DNA of 64,000 bases from Psammoneis japonica (Eukaryota). Location: positions 325,311 to 389,310 of the forward strand of contig QPGO01000034.1 in NCBI GenBank assembly GCA_008632985.1, given 5' to 3'. Shown piece by piece: positions 46,919 to 57,249 of the stretch (position 1 is the stretch's first letter; each line of letters opens with the position of its first letter). The position numbers and the translations under genes are program-made. Below the pieces are notes generated by a model. It ran no database searches and was not told the DNA's origin. It was given only the letters and a program-made list of their open reading frames with translations.

Positions 46919-47935
46919 GAAGATGATGCTGTGCGTTGGTTGTGATGTCTGAACAACTTGAGGATGGATCTGAGTGCTGCGGTCTAATTTAAAACAGCTC
47001 ACATTTCCCGCACTTCACCGTGTCATTTTGACCTGCCTCGGAACACCCCCGAACACTTGTGCGTTTGTCAATTCCTCACAGGGGCTGTTAGACGGCCATG
47101 GGAGCTGCACATTCAGTGCTTCAAATGCCACTTGTCGACCCATGCCCTGTTGTCAGGTCGAAAAAAACACCAATTTTTGCTAAAATCGGGCTTCTCATGG
47201 GAGATCAGCGGCGACTTTCCGGGAAATGCCGACAAGTGGCATTTGACTGGCTGCAGACATGTCTGCAGTCATTGAGATAAAAGTCGCGCATGGTCACACC
47301 TGTTGTTCAAGCATTCTAGGGTGTCTGGCGAACGGACAAAGTTCGACCCATCGCTGAAATTTTTTTTTGCGAACGCGCGCGCATTCACTGCGATGCATCC
47401 GGGTTGTTTGTGCAAAAATTGCGAGCTCCCAAAAAACAGACTGCAGCACGTAGATCCATCCTTAAAGATTTTCTTCAATGACTGCAATGGGCAAATGCTT
47501 TTTGACAACAATGTGACACAGAACCAACTCAAGGAGACACTGTCCAACGAGTGTCCTGAAGGTGCTGTCGTCATTTCACTGGATGTGATGTTTTGTGTGC
47601 ACACCCACAAATGGAGGCATGGAGCATTCTTTGTTCCTGCCTGTCCAGACGATCTGTCATGGGGAGGTGGTGTTGATGGGCACCCACTTCACAAGCACAC
47701 CAAGAAAAGAGATGATGCTGTGGAGCCAAGGCATTCCACCAGGAACGACCCAGGGTCTGACATCAAACAAAAATTCAAGCCTGCCAAAAGTGGGTGACTT
47801 TGCAATTCCCCTTTGTTTGCAATGTGACTTTCTTCTGTGCAAGCAATGCATTGTCAATTGGCCCTTTGCACAAACCCACTTTTCACCTCTGCCAACTTGC
47901 TGCTTCACCAGTTTCGCATTCCAACAGCTGCTTGT

Positions 47936-48736
47936 TCAAATGCTTGCTGTGTTGAAATCATGGACCAGACACACCATGTTCCTTCGATCCGAGTTTGTTT
48001 TGTCAGGCAAAGCTCGGTGCAACACTCTTGCATCAAAAACAAATGCAGTGCCTGCTTCTCCAACCAGCAATTGTTTTTCCAAACCCAACCTGACCAAGTG
48101 TCTTTCGCGTTCCTTCTCATTCAATGTTGCCTCACAACCATCCGGCCACATCTCAACTGCACCATTGTGCTCCATTGTGTCATCAAGGAACAGAAACATG
48201 GCGAAAATTTTGTCACCAGGTGACGATTTTGTTTCCACGTGATCGCGATGAATTTCCCCCTTTGACCAGAAGTTTGATCTTGAACTTGAAGCAGGAGCAT
48301 TTGCTGCTGTGTGCCGGGATGTCTTTCTGCACAAATCACCTGCTGGGGGAAAGCCAGGAATCAACTCCAACATTTTTTCTGCCAACTCAATGCCTTCCGC
48401 CTTGTCCTTTTTGTCAATGGCAAACTCACCAACAAAACAGTGTCCTTCCTTCTCTTGCTTGCTGCTTGGTGCCTTGTTTGCCAGTGTTGTCATCTGGCTG
48501 AGCAGGGGTTGTGGTGTTTTGAATTTTTGCAAGCAGCCTTTTTTCCCTTCCTGGTGCACTCTTTCTTTGGACCCGGCCGTCTTGCTCTTGACGACATGAG
48601 ATTTCATTTCACCCGGTTGTGTCAGCAACTTGCCATGTTTCTGACATGATGTTGTCGGCCAACGGGCAAATTTCTGGCATCCGTTGACAGAACACTTCCG
48701 CGCCATTCTCTGAAAATGCCTGTTCCACCAAATCAA
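47936..48736 (-). pseudogene. PhyH-like 2OG-Fe(II) dioxygenase with an N-terminal CX4C..CX2HG zinc finger, inside the transposon block
   Basis: CSVNGCQKFARWPTTSCQKHG; EIHRD; FLFLDD..EHNGAVEMWP; GEAGTAFVFDARVLHRA..N.DRR. No Tyr in 266 aa. Confidence 0.65.
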
Positions 48737-49506
48737 ATGGTGCCCAGTCTTTTTTTTTTTAAGTGGAACAGACCCAATTCAGCGAAAGTCCGCATCCATT
48801 GCTGTGCAACAAAAACGGCTTTCTCGCGAAACATGTGTTGCCAATGGCAGTCCATCTGTTGGGTGCACCACAGACATTTTTTTCATAAATGGTCCCCTGT
48901 GACATGATCTTCGTTGATCCTGTTTGCTGCATGATCTCATCAAATGGGTCATCCCAGCCATCTCAAAAGCACAGAAAACAATTTTGTTGCACACTGTCTT
49001 GCCAGTGTTGTTGTGAGACATTTTCATGTCGCCGCCGCGGCAGACACAAAGGAACAGCCACCATCCACCATTCATTCCGCACCACAAACAAACTCTTTTG
49101 AAAGAATGCATGCAATGAACAATTGCCAATGACAGGCATCACTTTTTTGTCAATGCACCCATCTGTCAACAGAGCAATTTGGTGTCACTTTTTTGTTGTT
49201 GCAACTGTGTGTCAACAAAGTGATTTGGCATCACTTTTCCATTGTTGCGCACACTTGTCAACAGAAGAAGTGTCAGTTTTTTGTCAATGCACACATCTGT
49301 TGATGCATGCCTTTGGCATGTTTGTGCACTCAATGCCAGCCTGCACATCATTGTGACATGAAGCACATCTCCCGCAGCAAACCACATTCTCCCGAATCTT
49401 GTCCAAGTTGCTGATCAACTCATGTTGAGCAGCAAACAGACAACGTTTGGGCAACTCTGTCTCTTGTCCTCCGCAGCCTTGTCATTCCCTTTGCAAAACA
49501 ACAGCC

Positions 49507-50145
49507 TCAAGCTGGAGAAGAATTGTCCGATGGTGTGGGAGGAGATGGAGATGGATTCCAAAGGACTTCGGGGAGGGGAGGAGGGGGTTTGTCGTCGGAG
49601 AAACCAAACCCAGCAGGATCATCATGGTTGTCCAGTGATTCATCATGGTCATCCAGTGATTCATCGTCTGGAGGGGGAAGTGCATTGGCGGCAGCAGAAG
49701 ATGCGGCATGCAGGCGAAGGGACATTTCCTCCTTTTCATGGCAGGGCAAGTGCTTCTGTAGATGAAGGGCGATGTTGGAAAAGGGGACACGGCAATGGGG
49801 GCATTTGGGTTTGTTGGTGTTGGATCCAAGGGAGCCAACGGAGGCGGAATCCAGAGGATGAGAGGAAAGAGATGTTCCGCCAGATGAAGAAGACAATTGG
49901 GTTGTGTGGCGCAACTGTGTCAATGGGGGATGGACACCAGATGCTGCAGCGCAGTGCTGAGACAGGAGGTGACACTGCACATTGTTTTCGGAGTCAAATC
50001 CATGTTGTCCACAATGAGGACAACCAAAAGACTTGGTGGAAACGGCAGAACGGAGGCAGTCAGTTGCGATGTGCCTGCTGAGACCACGTTCAGAAAAGAA
50101 ACCAGTTCGTTTGCACCATGGACAAACAAGACCATCAGACAACAT
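49507..50145 (-). pseudogene. Degenerate C2H2-like zinc-finger ORF, possibly the N-terminus of a DNA-transposon protein
   Basis: CPWCKRTGFFSERGLSRH, CPHCGQHGFDSE...CHL, CPHCRVPFSNIALHLQKHLPC. Confidence 0.5.
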
Positions 50146-50989
50146 GGCCGATGTGCAGAGACAAAGGAGTTGAGAAGAGAATCAAAAGGAAACAGCATGT
50201 GCAGCAACAATCACTTGGGGACACAGCGAGGGCAGAAACACAGAGAAACAACGTGCGATCGACATGGAAGGCATCGTGGATGGAGGGGAAGGAAGGATGG
50301 AATGGGCAGGGAGAGAAAATTGAGAAGACAGCTGGAATCTACATTGACAGACACAGGCGGAGATTTTGATCCAGAAAGTTGATCAACACACAATCCAGAA
50401 ATTAAAACAGAATTAAACACACACATGAGGCTTGTGGGATGGGGGGGTGAACAGCCAAATTGAGGAAAACAGATGTTTGTTGTTGAACATTTCAGAAAAG
50501 CTGACTTGACAAATCAGCACGATCTTGGATTAAAGGGAGAGAATGTTGGTTTTCATTTCAAGAAATCTTGACAGCCAGTGCAACACCTGGATCATTGGTG
50601 TCCCAGATGAAGGGGTTGTTGCGCACCTGCTGCAGGGGCCATGGGCACTTGCGGTGGTGGTGGCACATTCACCCTGGCCCCTCCCCCATTCGCTTGCAGC
50701 ACCAGAGGCACTTGCTGGGGCACCATGTTGGGATCCAGCACATTGGCCGCATCCTGAGCTGCTGGCACTGCTGCTTGCCAATTCATTGGGATGTGCTTGC
50801 AGACTTCCTGCAAACAAACAAGAGACAGCAGAAGGCATCCTGCACGGCAACGACAGTGTTAAAACTGTCTGAGACAGCCTGTTGCTCTTGGTCTGCTCTT
50901 CAGAAGAATGAGAAGAGCAAGTTGTTGCTCTTCAAGAGAAAAATGGCTGTTGCTCTCATTGCTTGTGCACATGCGTTCAAATTCAAAAA

Positions 50990-52262
50990 TGGCCACAAAT
51001 GACCCAACGGTCAGAAGGGGTCATTGCCTCGTTGAACTCCACGAGGTTGGTGGACGATGCAGTGGACGTGTGCACCCCCCCCCCCCCCCCCCCCCAGGGT
51101 GAAGCTGATGATGATGCACCAATCCTTGGGGGCAACTTGTCAGTGCCAAGGGACCTCGCCAAAAAGTGCAATGAAACTGCCAAGTTGGAAATGGGAGATG
51201 AATGCAGACAAAACTGTCATCAGAGGAGACTTGCATGTTTGGCCAAGTTTTGGAAGGAGAAGGATCCTGAATGTCACTCTGTTGGCATCAGAGAGGTCTC
51301 TGCTGAAGACCTTGGTGATCCAACCAAGTGTGCCACTTCAGTCAGCACCAAGAAGACCTTGTGCATGCATGTGTGAACAACCAGTTTGCATTTGCATTTC
51401 TTGGTGTTAAACAAGAGAAAGGCTGATGGAGAAAGCTCAAGTTGTTTGAAAACATCCAAGAAAATGCAAAGATGCCACAATGTGGGGTGCCCAGATGGCT
51501 GAAGAGGGCTTGCCTGAGAGCTTCCACACAAAGGTTGTTGAGTTCCTTGCTGGGTGCAAGAAGGAGCATGCTCAAGCAACGAAGACAGGAGATGCAGATG
51601 AAAACTCTGCTGATCCCATTCCCAGCACAGAAGCCAACAATGTGTTTGTGTGTGGCTCTGGACCACTGCACAGTGGAATTTCATGGCAAGGGGTCAGCAT
51701 CCATGGACCCCTTGTGGTGGATGAAGAATTTCAGGCTGGGTGCAGACAGCTTGATTGGAAAGCATGCAGAAGCAAAGGCCAACAAGTCTGGAGAGAGGCT
51801 TTCAGAGAAAAACATGTGTGCCAACCCACTGGATTGGATGATGTGCTTTTGGACAGGTGCGGGCATTCACTGTGCTCTTCATGGCAACAAATTTGTCAGC
51901 AATGATGCTCTCTTTTTGGACAAAAGTGTGCAGGAAGGAACGCGTGCCACAAAGCATTGTGTGAGCAGATTGCTGGAATTTTGTGAGCCCACTTGGAGGA
52001 AGTCGCAAATCACATGGATCTGAGTCATGTGAGTCCATGTGGCACTCAAAAGAGCTTGTCAACCTGCACCTTGAATGGGGCCACTTCCCCCCCATCAACT
52101 CCAGCTGTTGCACATTGTGGAGAATGGACTGTTGGGAGTGTCCTTGATTGCCGCCGGCACTTTGGCAGCATTGGTGGCCAACAACTTGGGTGCATTCTTG
52201 CTGGCTTGGATCCTGACAATGCATTGTTTGACATGCTTCCACCTCATTGGAAGCTTGCAGAT
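50990..52262 (+). mobile_element. Degenerate Crypton-like tyrosine recombinase, 3'-truncated
   Basis: DSLIGKHAEAKANKSGE...NMCANPLDW..CF..G.G, PCGTQK, PPSTPAVAHCGEWTVGSVLD..HFGSIG.Q.LG.ILAGL...FDMLPPHW resemble stramenopile Crypton YR motifs (from memory). Confidence 0.7.
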
Positions 52263-53156
52263 TCTCGCTCTTTGCTCATTCTTCCAAAGAGCAACAAAGA
52301 GCAAAGACCGACAGATGGTTTTCAGCGCTCCCACCTCTCACGCCCTCTGGCCCTGCCATTCCAGCTTGGGTTTTTGGGAATGAGGGGCTTGTGCATCCGC
52401 CAGCAAAGCCATTCCAGTCCATTGCTGGAAGATCTCCAGTTCACCCCAGAGAGCCGCAGGAGAAGGAAGGAGATGGGCGGCACTGGCCGCTAGTGAGCAG
52501 ACTTTTTCCCAAAGTTTTGGGTCTTGCCCAGCGTCAACCAATTGCCAGGATCAGCTGCAATCAGCCTCACTTTGACTGCAATCACTGTTGCAAACTCGAT
52601 TGCAATGACCTGATTGTCGGGAAGGAGCCAAGGTCGCAATCACAGTCGACTGTTGCAATCGACTGCAGCCGAAATTCGAGCTCTTTTTTTGGCTGAAACA
52701 AGCAAAGTGGCTCGATTTCTTCGCCTGCGGTGGGCTTTTCTCCTGCGCGGAGTGCGCTCTTGCGCAGAGGAATTGCTGGTCCACAGCGATGCAATCGACT
52801 GATTTGGGGGAAGTCTCCAGCCAGCTGCTGGCTGAAGAATTTTGTGTGGAAATTGCACTGAAAGAGTCTGTCAATCTGTGCGATGGGGTGTTTTGGTGAA
52901 CGCTGGACAGACTCGTCTGCTTTTGCGCGTGTGTAAAAAAAATAAAAATTGCACCTGCAAAACCCCCAAACGCACTGATGAGCAGACTTTTTCCAGCCAG
53001 CAGCTGGGCTGGCTGGAGACTTCCCCCAGATAGATTGCAATCTGATTGCTGCAGAAAACTTTGCAATTAGTTAACTTGAAACTCTGTGGCAAATTTTGCC
53101 TCCAAGCTCCAAGTTTCTCGACACTCCACATTCCACATAAGTACGGTAGAAGTGCC

Positions 53157-54215
53157 ATGGTGTTGAAGGAGGGCGACGAAAGTATTGGACGTGAGCTACC
53201 GCTGGCGTTCGTTGACGCACACCACCATTTCTTAGACACCGGAGCAAACGATTTCCAGTCGTTTCTCGGCTCGCTGGTCCCTGACACTAGCTACCTACCC
53301 GAAGAATACGAAAAGGACGTCGTAGCACCTTTGGAACAGAACGGGATTCGCTTTGTTGGCTCGGTTCATGTCGAATGCCTTCCTGATGATGGAGCCAAAG
53401 AGGTGTCATGGGTGGATTCGCTTGCAAGCAAGCAAAACGATAATGGCTCGCCTGGTGTTCGCGCCATTGTTGCTTCGTTGGATTTGACGTCAGGAAAAGT
53501 GGAGTCGGAAATCAACCGTATTCTCGAGGCCTCACCGCTGGTCCGGGGTGTTCGATGGATTCTGGATTATGTTGGACCGTTTGAAGGGGGTAAGACCGCA
53601 ACGCACGTGGCCACCACACGGCACAAGAATGTGGGTGATTACTTGCGAGGTCATGCTGGTGAGAAAGTATTCCCGTCGTTTGAACGAGGGTATGCTTTGC
53701 TGGCGGAACACAATGGTTCCTTGAGCTTTGATTTGCAATGTGCTCCGGCACAATTGCACATGGCAGCGGAACTGGCTTCACGGTATCCAATGGTTCCTGT
53801 TTGTATCGACCATTTGGGCAAGCCTCGCACTGTCCTTAACGTCGATGGATCTCCCAATGAAGAAGAGATACAGGTTTGGAGGGACGGTATGCGTGCTATG
53901 GCGGCTTTGTCTCACGTTTACTGTAAGATTTCGATGTTGGGGTATGCCATACCTGGGTGGGTCAAACTGGACAGTGGTCGAGCCCTCATGAAGGATCTTG
54001 TTTGCGAAACAGTGCAAATGTTTGGTCCCCATCGGTGTATGGTAGGACTGAATTGGTGGAAGAATGGGGCTCTGTCGGATTCAGATGGCTTAAGCAATCT
54101 TGGTCCCGACCCCCTCGAGTTTATCAAGCATTGTGCGTGGTTCTTTGACAAGTTCAGCAAGGACGATCGAAAACTATTATTCTGCGATACCGCGAGAGCG
54201 TTCTATAGATTTTAG
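53157..54215 (+). CDS. Amidohydrolase 2 family protein (sugar-lactonase-like)
   Basis: VDAHHHF, SVHVE, VRGVR, SFDLQ, IDHLGKP, VYCKIS, FGPHRCM, TARAFY. Confidence 0.9.
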   Translation: MVLKEGDESIGRELPLAFVDAHHHFLDTGANDFQSFLGSLVPDTSYLPEEYEKDVVAPLEQNGIRFVGSVHVECLPDDGAKEVSWVDSLASKQNDNGSPGVRAIVASLDLTSGKVESEINRILEASPLVRGVRWILDYVGPFEGGKTATHVATTRHKNVGDYLRGHAGEKVFPSFERGYALLAEHNGSLSFDLQCAPAQLHMAAELASRYPMVPVCIDHLGKPRTVLNVDGSPNEEEIQVWRDGMRAMAALSHVYCKISMLGYAIPGWVKLDSGRALMKDLVCETVQMFGPHRCMVGLNWWKNGALSDSDGLSNLGPDPLEFIKHCAWFFDKFSKDDRKLLFCDTARAFYRF

Positions 54216-54539
54216 AAAGAAATTTGTGAAGAATCTCGACTAATACCAGAACACGCCAAGCTCGTGACAGCTCTACCGTAGGCCCTCTAGACTCTAGAGG
54301 TTCTTGGTTTGTCATTGCTACAGTACATTGAAACATGGTAAACAGTAGTAGGGCTACCATACTTGCAACAAAGGCTGTGCTTGCAACTTGCAAGCTGCAA
54401 TCTCGAAATCGTCACCTCGCACGCATGACAAACCCTCGCTTATTCAGGATGTTAGTTATGCATGTTGGATCGGATCGCGCTTGTGCCCCGGTTTGCCATT
54501 TTGCGGTGTTGTGTGTTGCCACAACGAACATCGTCTATC

Positions 54540-56672
54540 ATGTCGGCAACAGACTCTGAAGGAAGCGTTGCTTTAGCTCAGGCATTTGTGGATCGTTTCA
54601 ACGATGATTACGCTGCAAAGCACTTCGCGTTTGAGGAGCAGTTCTGGGGTACGAAGATGGCGCTCTCGGATACTGATGCCAAGCAGTTCTCGTCTGAACT
54701 TCTCTCGCGGACAAAGAAGGAAATGGAAGACCTCTTGTCGGATCCGAAAATGTTGGAGGAGGCCAAGTCGCACCGTGCTTTCTTAGAAGGTTTTGACGGT
54801 ATCGAAGACTTGACCAAGACTCTCGATGTTATCATACGCACGTGCAAGTGCAATGATATGTCTGAATCCCCCGAAGCAAAGACTATCAGGGAGGAAACGA
54901 GTAAAATCGAAAGCGACCTCGAAAAGTCTAGGAATGAGATGAAACTAGGCTACACTTCGCCTGAAGATGGTACCTTCCACACCTTGTCATCCGTCGGGCT
55001 TAGGAATCTCATGCGCACAAATGCTGACGAAAGTACACGCAAAGCAGCTTACGAAGGTCTTCGGTCTATCGGACCTTTTGTTTGTTCGAACGGATTCGTC
55101 GACATTGTCAAGTTGCGAAACAAAATGGCAAAGAGGGTTGGGTTTCGTAGACTACTATGACTACAAGGTCACCAATGCGGAAGGCTTTGACAAAGCCAGA
55201 CTCTTTGAGATTCTTGATGATTTGGAACAGAGCACTCGCGCATTGATGGAAGAAGGAAGGAAAGAGCTCGAGCGGCGTTTCGGGAAAGAGGCATTAGAAC
55301 CATGGAATACGTCTTTTATGATGGCTGGGTCGGTCGTCAAGAAGATGGTAAGCAATCAACGAAAATGTACATGGAGAATGCAAGTTCTCTACGTCTCACC
55401 TTAGTTTCACAATGCCCGCGTGTTTGCAGGATCCTTATTTCCCATTTTCAAAGTCGGTGGTGCGATTCATTCGTTCCTACGCTGCCCTTGGCATATCATA
55501 TTCGGGTGCAACAATGAACCTAGACCTGCTTGATCGGCCGAAAAAATATAGCAATGGGTTTTGTCATTGGCCTACGCCCGCATGGGTGAAGCCCGGTGGA
55601 ATTTGGCAGCCGTCTGTAGCCAATTTTACGTCCCTTGCTGACCCCTCCGCCGTAGGAAGTGGCCTAACGGCGTTGAAAACGCTCATGCATGAAGCAGGCC
55701 ATGCAAGCCACTTTGCAAATATCAAGCAGCCGTCACCTCTTTTTAGTCAAGAGAGGGCACCAACATCTGTGGCGTATGCTGAGAATCAGAGCATGTTCCT
55801 TGATTCCCTTGTAGGCGACGCAGCCTGGAGGGCGAAATATGCCCGTGATTTAAATGGAAAGCCTCTTCCGTTCGAGATCATTGAGGAGGAAATCCTTGCC
55901 ACCCACCCATTCAAGGTGTTCCAACTCCGTGCGATGCTTTCTGTCTCTTACTTTGAAAAAGCCCTCTACGAGCTTCCAGAGAGCAAGCTTACCGCAGATG
56001 CGATTCAGAAACTTGCGGACGAGATAGAAATGTCTATCCAAGGTGGCTTAAGTCCCCGACCTCTTCTAAGCGTTCCTCACATTTTGAGTGACGAAGCCAG
56101 CTGTTACTACCAGGGATACACGGTGCGTGATGTTCAATGTGTTGCACGATTTCTTGATTCGCTTGCGTCTGTGGCTCTTTGTTTACATGCGGTGCCCTCT
56201 TCGCGCCCTTGTGTCTTCGTAGCTTGCCGAAATGAGCGTTCACCAGACTCGCGAGTTTTTCAAGAAAATGTATGGCTACATCGTAGATAACCGAAAGGTT
56301 GGTCCGACTCTAACCAAAGTTTATTGGGAATGCGGAAATTCTCGGCCTTTTCTTGAAATCGTGAAGGAGCTGACTGGGAAGGAACTCTCCGGTGAAGCTT
56401 GGACGAATGAGCTCAAAGAGGGTGTGGATGATCGCGTCAAACGCGAGAGGAAAGAGTACCACAAAATTTTGGAAAAAGGCGTAAATGATTGTCAAGACGA
56501 CGTTGATTTGGACATGGTAGTAAGGTTTGTCGATGGTGACACTCTCATCTCAGACTCATCACAGGCCAATGGGGGTTTGCTAGGTGCATGTACTGAATTC
56601 GAAATGTTTGTAGAGGATCGCATTGCCAAGGCAAAAGCAGAGTCAGCCTTGAAGAAACAGAAAACATCTTGA
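54540..56672 (+). CDS. M3 family zinc oligopeptidase (two introns, one apparent frameshift)
   Basis: HEAGH (HExxH), AYAENQSMFLD, KYSNGFCHWP, CYYQGY/LAEM. Introns 55348-55429 and 56123-56222; frameshift at aagagggttggg near 55135. Confidence 0.92.
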
Positions 56673-57249
56673 TTTCATCGGAGGATGAGAATTTACACCC
56701 AACAGGGAGATTTATGAGAATTGCATGGTGTGGAAGTAGTTGTCTTAGAAAACGATTTAGCTCTTTACGTCACATGATTTACTGTTGTGGTCAGATTCCG
56801 CCGCCGTACAGCACTGTTCTCTCGTGGTTACAGCATCAACAAGAAGTGGTGGAGCAAGTGCATTGGTAATCTCGTGGCTTCGTCACTCTCTGAAGCATCC
56901 TTCACAACTTTCTCGAATGCTTTCCAATCCGCTAGAATGGCTTCGACAAAGATGATGTCATCCATTTTGCTCTTCTCTTTCTGCACACGCTCATGACCCG
57001 CTGTCAACCAAATCCCAATGAAAAGTTCTAGTCTGGAACAATGACTCCAAAAAAATCAGATCTAACTTTTAAGTGCTGTCACTCCATTGCCAGCCATGCC
57101 AGCGCCAGCCAACCCACACTTCCAGTGCACTGCACCAGTGCGGCAGAAGGGGAAAAGGGCTGGCCGTTCCGCCCTTCCAAAATGAGTGGCAATGGAACGA
57201 GTGCCACAAAGCGTGAGTCGCTTCGCTTCTTTGATGTTGGCTTTAAGGT

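Noticed and set aside
51075..51095. Long C/G homopolymers (also about 13860-13871 and 14190-14205) as G-quadruplex elements
   Set aside because: They lie in decayed repeats, their lengths are unreliable, and there is no supporting context.
1191..55160. Single-base frameshifts in conserved host genes (about 1283, 2010, 3970, 5975, 55135) as programmed frameshifting or pseudogenisation
   Set aside because: Mostly at short homopolymers in otherwise intact genes, so most likely assembly indel errors. They are also the reason to verify the TpA signal with independent reads.
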